A stretch of DNA of 64,000 nt from Sphyrna mokarran (GCA_024679065.1 JAGIQG010000040.1:6076001-6140000), one strand, 5' to 3'. Counted from the stretch's first letter, positions 12,195 through 23,689 are shown. The notes: generated from the letters alone by a model not told the origin. Translations and numbers: made by a program.

Positions 12195-12207
12195 CGCCCT
12201 CTGGTGG
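12195..12207 (-). promoter_or_regulatory. CTCF core motif ~1.2 kb upstream of the V2 leader
   Basis: CCACCAGAGGGCG on the minus strand; the unit-B equivalent at ~6340-6351 is degenerate (CTGCCAGAGGCG). Confidence 0.6.
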
Positions 12208-12886
12208 TATTTTTTCTAATTGTGTTCCTCAAAGTTCCACTTCTCCCTGAGAGATTGCACAGGACTGTGTTGTGGTGTGGGACATCCTTATACTTGGACA
12301 GGATGACTCGTGCGGTGGGGAAGAGAAAGATATTTTACTCTGAGGAATTTGTTTTTTGCGCAGATTGGACCCAGGGATGGATATGCATCTTGCCTGATTA
12401 GTTTGGAAAAGTGATGATTTGTTCATTATGCTTATGTTCTTTAAATTTGTACACGTAAAGATAACCTCTCGTGCATTGTTTCTAATTTATTCAATGAATG
12501 CAGCAGCTCCCCTTCAACTAAGTACATTCTGGTTATCTTTTGACAGGTTCATTCCATTTCCACATCTTTGTTTTGTGCACTGGTTTTTCCGTGAGCAGAA
12601 CTTGCCTCAAGTTTTAATACGTGCCACATTGGTAGCTTTATAAATATTACTCAATGGGAAAGGGTTTTTCCGGGTTTCAGGACAATTGCAATTCCTTCAG
12701 CTTCATCTTCTCCAGCCAGAGTTCTCTCTGACTTGTCCATCATCCCCAGACCCTGTAGGACCCGGAGAACAGACCGTGCAGTTCCGTCTGTCTGGTTATG
12801 CTGATGTGTACACGTCACAGACGTCTCCAGGTGCCTTTGTGACATCACCTACACCCAGAGTGACATCAGAGGGTCTGGCCTGAGGG

Positions 12887-13870
12887 TCAGAAACATCTCC
12901 CCTGGAGCTGGTCTGAATATTCAGCCCTGAGTTTATGGGAATTAACAACTGATCAGGAACATCTCCCCTGGAGCTGGTCTGAATATTCAGCCCTGAGTTT
13001 GTGGGAATTAACAACTGATCAGAAACATCTCCCCTGGAGCTGGTCTGAATATTCAGCCCTGAGTTTGTGGGAATTAACAACTGATCAGGAACATCTCCCC
13101 TGGAGCTGGTCTGAATATTCAGCCCTGAGTTTGTGGGAATTAACAACTGATCAGAAACATCTCCCCTGGAGCTGGTCTGAATATTCAGCCCTGAGTTTGT
13201 GGGAATTAACAACTGATCAGAAACATCTCCCCTGGAGCTGGTCTGAATATTCAGCCCTGAGTTTATGGGAATTAACAACTGATCAGGAACATCTCCCCTG
13301 GAGCTGGTCTGAATATTCAGCCCTGAGTTTGTGGGAATTAACAACTGATCAGAAACATCTCCCCTGGAGCTGGTCTGAATATTCAGCCCTGAGTTTATGG
13401 GAATTAACAACTGATCAGAAACATCTCCCCTGGAGCTGGTCTGAATATTCAGCCCTGAGTTTGTGGGAATTAACAACTGATCAGAAACATCTCCCTTGGA
13501 GCTGGTCTGAATATTCAGCCCTGAGTTTGTGGGAATTAACAACTGATCAGGAACATCTCTCCTGGAGCTGGTCTGAATATTCAGCCCTGAGTTTGTGGGA
13601 ATTAACAACTGATCAGAAACATCTCCCCTGGAGCTGGTCGGAATATTCAGCCCTGAGTTTATGGGAATTAACAACTGATCAGAAACATCTCTCCTGGAGC
13701 TAATCTGAACATCCAGATCTGAGTTTGTGGGAATTAACAACTGATCAGAAACATCTCCCCTGGAGCTGGTCGGAATATTCAGCCCTGAGTTTATGGGAAT
13801 TAACAACTGATCAGAAACATCTCTCCTGGAGCTAATCTGAACATCCAGATCTGAGTTTGTGGGAATTAAC
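12887..13870. repeat. 66-bp minisatellite, ~15 copies
   Basis: Unit tcagaaacatctcccctggagctggtctgaatattcagccctgagtttrtgggaattaacaactga; gives a 22-aa periodicity in ORFs 12796..13896 (-) and 12999..13703 (+). Confidence 0.97.
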
Positions 13871-13994
13871 TGCTCAGCAGAAAGGGTGAAGTCCACATTT
13901 TAATCTCCGAATGAATTTGCCGCCTGCATTCTAATTTTCTAGCCACTAATGAGAAAATTCTGATTTATAATTCTTTCCACCAAGTCTCATAGAG

Positions 13995-14290
13995 TCAGAC
14001 TGAAAAGGAGGCCACTCGGCCCATCTAACTTGCACCGACCACAATCCCATCCCAGCCCTACTTCCTGTAATCCCATGCATTTACCCTAGCTAGCTCCCCT
14101 GACACTAAGGGGCAATTTAGCACGTCCAATCCACCTAACTTGCAAGTCTTTGGACTGTGGGAGGAAACTGGAGCACCTGGAGAAAACCCACAGAGACAGG
14201 AGAAGAATGTACAAACTCTATGTAGGCGGTGACTCAAGCTGGGAATCAAACCCAGATACTGGCGCTGTGAGGTAGCAGTGCTAACCACTT
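13995..14290 (-). mobile_element. tRNA-derived SINE (HE1-like shark SINE)
   Basis: Head GTGGTTAGCACTGCT.CCTCACAGCGCC..GGGTTTGATTCCC, core GGGTTTTCTCCAGGTGCTCCAGTTTCCTCCCAC, CR1-like tail. Confidence 0.8.
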
Positions 14291-15699
14291 TGTCATCTTG
14301 CAACCGAAGTCTCCCATGTTACCTTGTCTTTATGAAGAACAGCAGCATATTGAATGTTTCCATCATAGATTTGTATTTCTCCAAAAATCTGGCCTTGGCG
14401 CATAAGTAAGCCAAATTGGCTAAACTCCAGTCACACAGTGCCTTCAGTAACTTTTCTTCGGGAACTAGATTGAATGTTTAGAGAGCTGTTATGTTACATC
14501 TGTTTGTCTCTGCACAGAGTACGGCCCGGATGATGGAATCATATGTAAATGTCCAAGTTTGCTGACGACTGGGTGTAATTGTGAGTTGGGAGGTTGATGC
14601 AAAGAGGCTACAAAAGGATGGAGTCAAATTAAGTAACAGAAAACACATAACAAGTGCAGCTCAACACTACTTAATGTGAAAGAAAACATAAATCCAGAAC
14701 ATTATCTAAATGCTGATATATTGGGAAGAGTGAATGTATAGAGGGTTCTGTGTGTCATTGTACACCGGTTAATGACAGTAGAGAGGCAGGCGCACTGAGC
14801 AATTAGGAAGGCAAATAATACATTCACCTTCTGTGCAAGGGAATTTGAGTTCAGAAGTAGAGATGTCTTACTGTAGATATCCAGGGCCTTGGGTCAGGTA
14901 ATGATAATTTCTTCCCATGCCCTGAAATATTTTTTTCCATTTTCAATAAGGTCTCAGACCACTTGGCTTGTGAACATTGCAATCACCTTCCTTCAAATAA
15001 TTAGCATGCTGATCGTTTCTTATTACCCATGGTAGTATAATGTATCCAATGGTATCTTATACATCAGTTAATGTATGCTCATTTAGAATTGTGATTTTTT
15101 AAAAAATATTTCCTATTCCTTATCAACACACATGTTTCTTACTTTAATTTAATGATTTACATCATCAAACTTGCTCTTTGTGCCTGCATAATTGGCAACA
15201 ATGAAAGTTTAGACCACAGTTTCAGACTTCATCACATTTTTTTCAAACTTATAACATGGTCTCCAAGAATTACAGAATTTCTCACTCAATCCCCTCTTAT
15301 GCCGCAATCAGGCTACGACTTTTTCCAAATTTTTTAATCATAACATTACTCATGACTCATGTTTTATTACATTATATTTAACCCAAAATAGTCTGTGCTT
15401 TCCTGCCTCCTCGACAAATTGTTGTAGAAGTTCTGTAATGTACTCATTTAATTCGTCTAAATGCTTTCGTTTGTTCAGCCTACAATAAGTAACTTGACAT
15501 GGAGACTCTGGACACAATAGCCAAATGCTTTACAGGTGAGCATGATTCAAGAAATATCAAAATAAAATGTTCTGCTTGTGAGTAACATGATGGAATTAAA
15601 ACATATTTTATTATTTATCACAATAAAACTTGCAGCCTAACCCTCAACAGAAATTTATAAAACACCCTTTGATACATTGGCTGATTTCAGTTTAAAGGT

Positions 15700-16120
15700 C
15701 ATGTGTTTGGAAGATGCTAAGGAGCCTCAGTGAGTTCCTGCAGTGCATTTTTTGATGGTAACACTGCTGCCCCTGTGCTTCGGTGGTGGAGGAAGAGAAT
15801 GTTTGAGAGTGGGGTGCCGATCAAGCGAGTTACTTTGTCCCGGATGGTGGTGAGCTTCTTGTGTTGTTGGAGTTCACTCACCCAGGCAAGTGGAGAGCAT
15901 TCCATCACTTTCCTGACTTGTAAATGGTGGGCTGGCTCTCGGAGACAAGAGGTGAGTTATTGGCTGCAGATTCCCAGCCTCCAACATGCTCTTACAGCCA
16001 CTGTGTTTATTTGGCTGATTCAGTTCAGTTTCTGGGCGATAGTAATCTCCAGCCTGTTGATACGGAATTCAGTCATGTCATTGAATGTCAAGAGGCGATG
16101 GTTTGATTCTCTTGTGATTC
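15700..16120 (-). mobile_element. Degenerate non-LTR retrotransposon fragment (C-terminal RT region)
   Basis: ORF fragment ECSPLAWVS..KKLTTIRDKVTRLIGT resembles the LEYxxxxW..LxxIQxKAxRLI motif of LINE ORF2. Confidence 0.45.
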
Positions 16121-16979
16121 TCTTCATTTCATTTCATTGTCTGGTGCTTGTACAACACAAATATTACTGGCAGGACTGCAGAGCTTAGATCTGATCCATT
16201 GATGGTGGGATCATTCAGTTCTGTCTATCGCTTGCTGTTTTATGATGATTAGTACAGAAATAGTTCAATTTCATTCATGAGAATCTTTCTAGCAATCTGA
16301 TACAATGGAATGCCTTAGTTGGCCATTTCAGAGGGCAAACCACATTTCTTGGCTGTCTGGAGTCACATGTAGGCTATACCAGGTAAGAACGGTAGATTTC
16401 CTTCCATAAAGGACATTGGTAAACCAGATGGTTTTTCCGACAACCAACAATGGTTTCATGGTCACCATTAAAGTTTTAGTTCTGGATTCTTACTGTGCTG
16501 GAACTTGACCCGTGGCCTCTGTGCATTAACCTGGGTCTCTGGATTACAATTCCAGTAGCAATACCACTATAGCACTGCATTCCTTAAAAACCAGCCCTTA
16601 ATTGTCCAGATCACGTCTTTTAATGTAGTATCCCACTCAACCACAGCAAACGTAGATCTATAGCTTTGTAATTTCCTTTTGTGAGAAACAGCCAGAGAAA
16701 TAAAAAAGAAGAACATTCAAACCACCACAGCCCATCTCCATGGAAACCTGGCATGATTTCAAGAGTTCCAAACAATTTGTCTCATTCCAAGCACTATTTA
16801 ATTCTGTGATGCAAATAAAATATGAAAGTAGATAACTGCAACAATTCTCAAAGACCAACAGGAATTTGACTGACTGGTCAGTCCAGCAGAAAGAAACTCT
16901 CCAACTCCCCCAACAATCAGAATGAACCTGGTTCAGTCAAGGATGTGATTAACAGCAGCAGGAGCAGCAAAATCCGCCA

Positions 16980-17822
16980 TCACTTGTGCCCTTTTTGGTG
17001 TCTCCGCAGGCTGGATAACTGAGTGTATCCCTTCCCACACACAGAGCAGGGGAACGGCTTCTCCTCTGTGTGAACATGTTGGTGTGTCAGGAGGTTGGAC
17101 GATTTAGTGAATCCCATCCCACACTCTGAGCAGGTGAATGGCCTCTCGTCCTTGTGAACTCGCTGGTGTATTAGCAGGGTGAATGATTCACTGAATCCCT
17201 TCCCACACATGCTGCAGATGAACGGCCTCTCCCCGGTGTGAACTCGCTGGTGTGACAGTAGGTGGGATAACTGAGCGAATCTCTTCTCACACTCAGGGCA
17301 GGTGAATGGTTTCTCCCCAGTGTGAACGCGTTGGTGTGTCTGCAGGCTGCATAACCGAGTGAATCCCTTCCCACATGCACAGCAGGTGAATGGCTTCTCC
17401 CCAGTGTGAATTCGCTGGTGTGTCAGCAGGTTCCATGAAGTAGTGAATGTTTTCCCACATTCCTCGCAGGTGAAGGGCTTTTCCCTGGTATGAACTCGCT
17501 GATGTCTCAGAAGGTGGGATAACTGAGAGAATCCCTTCCCGCACTGAGAGCAGAAGAATGGTTTCTCCCCAGTGTGAACTCGCTTGTGCGTGTGGAGGTG
17601 GGTTAAATGAGTGAATCCCTTTCCACAGTCAGAGCAGGTGAATGGCCTCTCCCCGGTGTGAACTCGCTGATGTGTCTGCAGGTTGCACGAATGAGCAAAT
17701 CCCTTCCCACAGTCTGAGCAGGTAAACGGCCTCTCTCCAGTGTGAACGCGTCGATGAATTTCCAGCTCAGATGGGAACCGCCATTTCTTCCCACAGTCCT
17801 CACATCGCCACGGTGTCTCCAT
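16980..17822 (-). CDS. C2H2 zinc-finger protein, 280 aa, 10 fingers, no effector domain seen (ZNF-1)
   Basis: Ten CxxC-x12-HxxxH units with TGE(K/R)P linkers. Terminal-exon acceptor TTTCACAG|GATATT at 18187; exon-1 donor at 20130. Confidence 0.9.
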   Translation of the reverse strand: METPWRCEDCGKKWRFPSELEIHRRVHTGERPFTCSDCGKGFAHSCNLQTHQRVHTGERPFTCSDCGKGFTHLTHLHTHKRVHTGEKPFFCSQCGKGFSQLSHLLRHQRVHTREKPFTCEECGKTFTTSWNLLTHQRIHTGEKPFTCCACGKGFTRLCSLQTHQRVHTGEKPFTCPECEKRFAQLSHLLSHQRVHTGERPFICSMCGKGFSESFTLLIHQRVHKDERPFTCSECGMGFTKSSNLLTHQHVHTEEKPFPCSVCGKGYTQLSSLRRHQKGHK

Positions 17823-18394
17823 GGTGCTAGTGTACTTTTGAATCTCAAAGTTTAACGATTAGTTGAAGACTTGTCCACACACACAACAGATGCATGGTCT
17901 TCCTGTTCCAAATTATGCAAAATCTTTTCCAGGCTGTGCAACAAGTTAAAGTTCTTTCCACAGTCAGTGCACTGGAACACTCTCACTTGGATGTGTGAGT
18001 GTCTCGGTGCTTTTCCAATCACACTGATGTTTCAATCCTTTTTAAGTAAACAGAAGAAACAGATATTTCTCCTTCTAGATTCCGAAGCCAATGATAATCA
18101 GCTCCTGATGAATTCAGTGACTGTGCCAAATCTTGATGTGATGTTTGGTTTGTGATTTTTGACTGTAGTTTCTCATCTTCTAATATCCTGTGAAAGGAGT
18201 TTACAAAATCAGTACCAGGGTGAAATTCAAACCGACAATTCTCTTTTTTTTCATACTTTTATGGTATGTGGGAATCACTGGTCGGGCCACTATATGATCC
18301 CACTACTAATTGCCCTTTAAAAGCTCGTGGTGCAATGCCTTTTGAACATCAGGAACAGGAGTAAGTTAATAGTAAGAGTGGCACAAAGTCACCA

Positions 18395-18720
18395 TGGTGG
18401 CACTGTGGTTAGCACTGCTGCCTCACAGCACCAGGGACACGGGTTCAATTCCACTCTTGGGTCACTGTCTGCATAGAGTCTGCATGTTCCCTGTGTGGGG
18501 TTCCTCCAGATGCTCCGGTTTCCTCCCACGGTCCAAAGATTTGTGGGTTAAATGGATTCGCCATGCTAAATTGCCCCTTTGTGTCCCAATAGATATAGAT
18601 TAGGGGTATTAGTGGAGTAAAAATGTTGGGGTATGGGGATAGGACCTGGGAAAGATGCTGTGTTCAAGAGTCAGTGCAGAGGCTGAATGGCCTCTTTCTG
18701 CACCCTAGGGATTCTAAGAT
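18395..18720 (+). mobile_element. tRNA-derived SINE
   Basis: tggtggcactgtggttagcactgctgcctcacagcaccaggg..gggttcaattcc head plus SINE core and tail. Confidence 0.8.
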
Positions 18721-20045
18721 TTCCAAAAAGCATTTGACAAGGTGGTGCATAAGAGTCTGGTGCATTAAGTAAAGGCCCGTGGAATTGGTGCAAGTGTATT
18801 AGTATGAATTAAAAACTGGCCGTCACATAGAAAATAGGGAGTTGGAATAAATAGATCATTTTCAGAGTGGGAACATGTAACTAGTGGCGTCTGACAAGGA
18901 TCAGTTCTTGGCTCACAATTGTTCATTATTTAATTAATGACCAGGATGAAGGAACAGAATATAATGTTTCTAAATGATACGATGATAGGTGGAAGAATAT
19001 GTTGTGATGAGGATATAGATACTCTGAGTGATGAAAATCTGGCAAATTAAGTTTAACTTGGGGAAATGTTAGATCATAAAGTAATTTCACTGCAGTATTA
19101 ATGTTACTTGTTTACGAGTCATCGCAGTCCGGCGCCTGTTCAGGTCAATGCAGTTAAGAAGCACATCTTTCAGACTGTACGAACAAACCAGAGCACCCAG
19201 AAGAAACCCATGGGGAAAACATGCAAACTCCAAACAGTCAGTGACCCAAGCTGGGAATCGAACCCAGGTCCCTGGCGCTGTGAGCCAGCAGTGCTGACCA
19301 CTGTGCCACCGTGCTGTTCATTAATTTCAGTAGGAGGAATCAAAAGGGAGATTATCCACATGAAGAGGTGCTGCAGGTGAGTGAAGTACAGAGGGATCTA
19401 GGTGTTCTTGTGCCTGAATCACAAAAAGGTGGCAGGCAGGCCTCTCAGTAATAAGAAGGAAAATGGAATTTTGATTTTATTGCAATGGGGTCAGATTTAA
19501 AAGCAGGCCTGTTTTGTGGCAACTGCACAGGGTTTTGATGAGGCCTAAACTGGAACACAGTTTTGATCCCCCTATTTAAACAAGGATATCATAACATTGG
19601 CAGTAGTCCAAAGGATATCCACAAGCCTATTTCTTGGGATGAGAGGACAAGAGAGAAAAAAATTGTCAAGGTCTGCATTCCTTGAAGTTTAGAAAGCAAA
19701 GGGGTGAGTTTATTGAAATATATAAGATCCTGAGGAGGGGAGGTTTGATAGGGTAATATTTTCAAGAGTAGAAGAATCACAAACAAGTACAAGATAAAGG
19801 GTTGGTCATTTAAAACTGAGGTACATAGAAATTTATTTTCGCAGAGAATGGTGGATCTCTGGAATTCTCTGTCCCAAAGGGTGGTGGAAACTAGATGATT
19901 TGAAGTATTTAAAGTGAGGTGGATAAATATTTAATAGATCGAGGGATAGAGGGCTATGGGAAGTGGCACCATGACGAGTTAGATGTGATTGTATTGAATA
20001 GCGGGACAGGCTTGAAGGGCCTGTGGCCGCTACTGCTTCTATTTC
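18721..20045 (+). mobile_element. Degenerate CR1 LINE 3' fragment interrupted by a minus-strand SINE (~19075-19313)
   Basis: KAFDKV (aaagcatttgacaagg), gtaactagtggcgt..caaggatcagt, agagggatctaggtgt and a CR1-type 3' end. Confidence 0.7.
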
Positions 20046-20129
20046 TCGCGATCGGTTGCTGCAAGTCAACAATTTCCTCCAGAATAAGAAAAGAAATGGA
20101 TAGGGGGAGAAAAGAAAGTGTTTTACTCA

Positions 20130-20800
20130 CAGATGTGGGAGACCGGAGGAAGTTTAAGTCTGTCCGAAGTGCAATCTTCATTCACACAAAGTCCGGGCTG
20201 TGATTGGCTGGAGGACCAGTATCCTTCCGGTCCTCCAAATCTTCCCATTGGTCAGCAGCTCAGCGTGAGGGTTATGGGGTGGAGACTCCGCCACGCGGCA
20301 CCGGAAGCCCCGCCCCCACCCATTGTGCCCCTCCGGGAACCCCGCCCCCCACCCATTGTTCCCCTCCGGGAACCCCGCCCCCCACCCACTGTTCCCCTCC
20401 GGAGCCCGCCCCCACCCATTGTTCCCCTCCGGGAAGCTCCGCCCCCCCCTTGTTCCCCTCCGGGAGGCCCGCCCCCCCCTCCTTGTTCCCCTCCCCCTCC
20501 CCTCCTCGAGCCAAGGTTTCCAGACAAGCGGCTGGCGGCTCCGGGCAGAGCGAGAAGCCGCTCAGTGATCTCCCCCTCCCCCTGGGCCGGGACTGCGCAT
20601 GTCCAAGGGAGAGGGAAAAGTGCGCATGTGCAGAGAGAGCCCACCCTTTGAGCCCCACGCTGAGGCGTTGACCAATAGAAAGAGTTGGACGACCGGAAGG
20701 ATTCTTGTCCTCCAGCCAATCAGAGTCTCTCTCCATTGTCTGAATGCGGAAGTTGGCCGATGAGCTTCAGAACAAAACTTCCTCCTCTGTGCAACGTCTG
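20130..20800. promoter_or_regulatory. Bidirectional CpG promoter of ZNF-1 and ZNF-2, with inverted CCAAT-ETS-CCAAT cassettes (20201-20254 and 20668-20722)
   Basis: Two inverted copies of TGATTGGCTGGAGGAC..CCTTCCGGTC.TCCA..CCATTGGTCA, NRF1-like TGCGCATGT sites, GC boxes, exon-1 donor GTGAGTAAAACAC at 20130 (-). Confidence 0.75.
20307..20495. repeat. ~32-bp GC-rich tandem repeat, ~6 copies, inside the promoter
   Basis: cccgcccccacccattgttcccctccgggaa units. Confidence 0.9.
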
Positions 20801-21039
20801 GGAGGAAATCCAAAGGCGTTCTTTCATCATGTGAAAGAGTTTGCACATTCTCCCCTGTATGTGTAAGTTTTCTCCGGGTGCTCCAGTTTCCTCACACAGT
20901 CCGAAAGATGTTAGGTGTATTGGTCATGCTGAATTCTCCCTCTGTGCATCCAAAGGGATGCTGGCGTGTGGCGCAGTAACTTCGTTGCAGTGCTAACGTA
21001 AGACTACTTGTCACACTAATGCATAAACTTCAAAACTTT

Positions 21040-21850
21040 AGTCAGATGGGTAGAACCAGAGCAAGTGGAATTCAATCCTTAAAGGTTTGAGGTAATACAT
21101 TTTGGGAGGACTAACAAGGTAACGGAATGCGCAATGAATGGTCAGATCTTGGAGGTACAGAGGATCAGAGGGACCTTGGAGTTGATGTCTGTCGATCTTT
21201 GAAGACAGTGGGACAGTTACATAAGGTGGTTCAGAAGGCACGTGGGATTCTTGCCTTTATTAATCGAAGCATTGAATATAAGGGCAGGGAGGTCCTGATG
21301 GAGCTGTATAAACCACTGGTTAGGCCACAGGTGGAGAACTATGTGTAGCTCTGGTTGCCACAGTACAGGAAGGATGTAATTGCAGTGTAGAAGGTGCAGG
21401 GGAAATTCCCCAGGGTGTTGGTTGGGCTGCAGTGTTTCAGCTCTCAAGAGAGATTGGATAGGCTGGTGTTATGTTTTTGGGAACAGAGAAGGATGAAGGG
21501 ACCTGATCGAGGTGTATAAAATTCTGAGGGGGGGATAGAAAGGAACTTTTCTTTTCGGTACAGCGGTCAATAATCAGGGGCCTGGATTTAAGTTCAGGGC
21601 AGGAAGTTTATAGAAGAAGCGAAGGAAAACTTTTTCACTCAGATAGTGGTGGGAATCTGGATCTCACTGCCTGAAAGGGTGGTAAAGTGGGAATCATCAT
21701 AACTTTTAAAAAGAATTTAGATAAGCTCTTGAAATGCCATAGTTCACAAGGTTATGCAACAACATAGAAAATGGGGTTAGAATAGAATGGTCCTTGAAGA
21801 CTGGCGCAAACATGATGGGCTGAAGGGCCTCTTTCCATGCAGTAAAACTC
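21040..21850 (+). mobile_element. CR1 LINE 3' fragment
   Basis: ORF QRDLGV..KARGILAFINRSIEYKGREVLMELYKPLVRPQVE is a typical CR1 ORF2 C-terminus. Confidence 0.85.
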
Positions 21851-21981
21851 TATGGTCACCTACGTTGGCAGCAAGTTCAATATCATCATCAATCACAACC
21901 TCATCCTTAGTCAAGGAAAATCATCCTTAATCAAGGAAAGTAGCCATATTTCTGTTATTTCTCCTGCCTGGAGGTTTTCAG

Positions 21982-22006
21982 CTCTCGGACTCCAGGACAG
22001 GAAGTA
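21982..22006 (+). other. Putative 25-nt micro-exon of ZNF-2 (followed by intron 22007-22229)
   Basis: ttttcag|CTCTCGGACTCCAGGACAGGAAGTA|gtaagt; homologous TCCAGGAC-R-GAAG-A|GTGAG seen at ~27290-27315 (-) and ~39120-39141 (+). Confidence 0.55.
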
Positions 22007-22578
22007 GTAAGTATATATTTATCAACAAGCCTCAATCAGCACCTTCAGGAGAATTGAGAGGGTGAATATTTGATACAGCAGAATGAGAATGGAGGGAGAA
22101 TGTGTGGGATGGAAATTTACAGCGTCTGGGGAATAAGAGAGGAAAGAATGTTCCATAGAAACTAGAATTGCCTGTTCTGAATTTCTATCCTGAACTGACT
22201 GTGATGAATTTTGTCAACTGTTTTTACAGGATATTAGAAGAAGAATCACACAGATAAATATTAAATATCACATCTTGATCTGACAGAGTCCCTCAGTTCC
22301 TTGGAAACTAAATATCCTCAGCCTCTGATTGAGAAGGAGAAATGTTTGACCGGTCTGTCGACTGCAAGATTTTAAACAACAATGTGACTGGAAAAACACA
22401 GATGCAAACACACACCCGAGTGAGTGTTCCAGTGCACTGAGTGTGGAAAGAGCTTTAAGCAGTTACACATCCTGCAAAATACATCACAGCATTCACAGCG
22501 AGGAGAGACTGTACAGTGTTGTCTGTGTGAACAAGGCTTCAAATGATAAACCTGCAACAATACAAGGAGACCAGCAAT

Positions 22579-23421
22579 ATGGAAAAACCGTGGAAATGTG
22601 AGGACTGTGGAAAGAGATACAAAGCGCCCTCTTTACTGGAAGCTCATCGTCGCAGCCACACTGGGGAGAGGCCGTTTACCTGCTGTGTTTGTGGGAAGGG
22701 ATTCAGTGATTCATCCACTCTGCAGAGACACCAGCGAGTTCACACCGGGGAGAGTGCATTCACCTGCTGTCAGTGTGGAAAGGGATTTACTCAGGTATCC
22801 AGCCTGCAGACACACCAGCGAGTTCACACTGGGGAGAGGCCATTCACCTGCTCTCAGTGTGGGAAGGGATTCAGTAAGTCATCCAACCTACAGAAGCACC
22901 AGCGAGTTCACACAGGAGAGAGGCCATTCAGCTGCTCTGAATGTGAGAAAAGATTCACTCAGGTATCTCATCTGCAGGCACACCAACGGGTTCACACTGG
23001 GGAGAGACCATTCACTTGCACTCAGTGTGGGAAGGGATTCACTCAATTGTACAGCCTGCAGACACACCAGCGAGATCACACTGGGGAGAGGCCGTACAGC
23101 TGCTCGCAGTGTGGGAAGGGATTCATTCATTTATCAAACCTGCAGACACATCAGCGAGTTCACACTGGGGAGAGGCCGTTCACCTGCTCTCAGTGTGGGA
23201 AGGAATTCACTCAGTTATCCAATCTGCGGAGACACCAGCGAGTTCACACTGGGGAGAGACCGTTCACCTGCCCTGTGTGTGGGAAGGGATTCACTCGGTT
23301 CTCTACCCTGCAGTCACACCAGCGAATTCACACTGGGGAGAGACTGCTCGTTTGTTTTCAGTGTGGGAAGGGATTCTGTGATTCATCCACTCTGCTGACA
23401 CACCAACAAGTTCACAAGTGA
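22579..23421 (+). CDS. C2H2 zinc-finger protein, 10 fingers (ZNF-2); an upstream in-frame ATG at 22543 is possible
   Basis: MEKPWKC start, 10 fingers, ends VHK*; acceptor tttttacag|GATATT at 22230. Confidence 0.9.
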   Translation: MEKPWKCEDCGKRYKAPSLLEAHRRSHTGERPFTCCVCGKGFSDSSTLQRHQRVHTGESAFTCCQCGKGFTQVSSLQTHQRVHTGERPFTCSQCGKGFSKSSNLQKHQRVHTGERPFSCSECEKRFTQVSHLQAHQRVHTGERPFTCTQCGKGFTQLYSLQTHQRDHTGERPYSCSQCGKGFIHLSNLQTHQRVHTGERPFTCSQCGKEFTQLSNLRRHQRVHTGERPFTCPVCGKGFTRFSTLQSHQRIHTGERLLVCFQCGKGFCDSSTLLTHQQVHK

Positions 23422-23689
23422 ATATGGGGATTAAATTCTGCTGTTATTGTTTCTGCTCTCAATTACATCCAGGATAACAATTTTTTCATTCTCACAGTTG
23501 GTCAATGGGGAGGAGAGAGGGTTTCTTTCTGCTGGACTGGCTGGTTTCACGATTTTGTCTCCAGTGGGCTGATGCTCTTTGAGTCTTATTGCGAATACCT
23601 GGTTTCAAATTTCACAAGGATCACAGAGTGACAGGGTGTTAGGAAGTTCAGAGATATTTAATCAGCATTTCTGTTTGAAATTCCCCGAA

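Larger units (their letters stand above)
1..12435. repeat. ~6.04-kb tandem array (unit A 1-6126, unit B 6127-11981, partial unit C 11982-~12435); each full unit = U1 variant + TCR V gene + CTCF-like motif
   Basis: Position 1 (tcaacatcgaga) recurs at 6127 and 11982. U1 offset is 6044 and V offset is 6040. The ORF track shows duplicated ORFs, e.g. 2557..3087 = 8601..9131. Confidence 0.95.

Noticed and set aside
12887-13870. CRISPR-like array
   Set aside because: No unique spacers, units are contiguous, and the context is eukaryotic.
12796-13896. 366-aa repetitive ORF as a protein-coding gene
   Set aside because: It is open only because the 66-bp unit lacks stops in that frame. It has a GTG start just after a stop, the opposite strand is also open, and there is no clear splice context.
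18395-18460. tRNA gene
   Set aside because: It is the A/B-box head of a SINE continuing into SINE core; no complete cloverleaf.
20118-20736. Pro/Gly-rich ORFs in several frames
   Set aside because: Artefact of the GC-rich promoter repeat.
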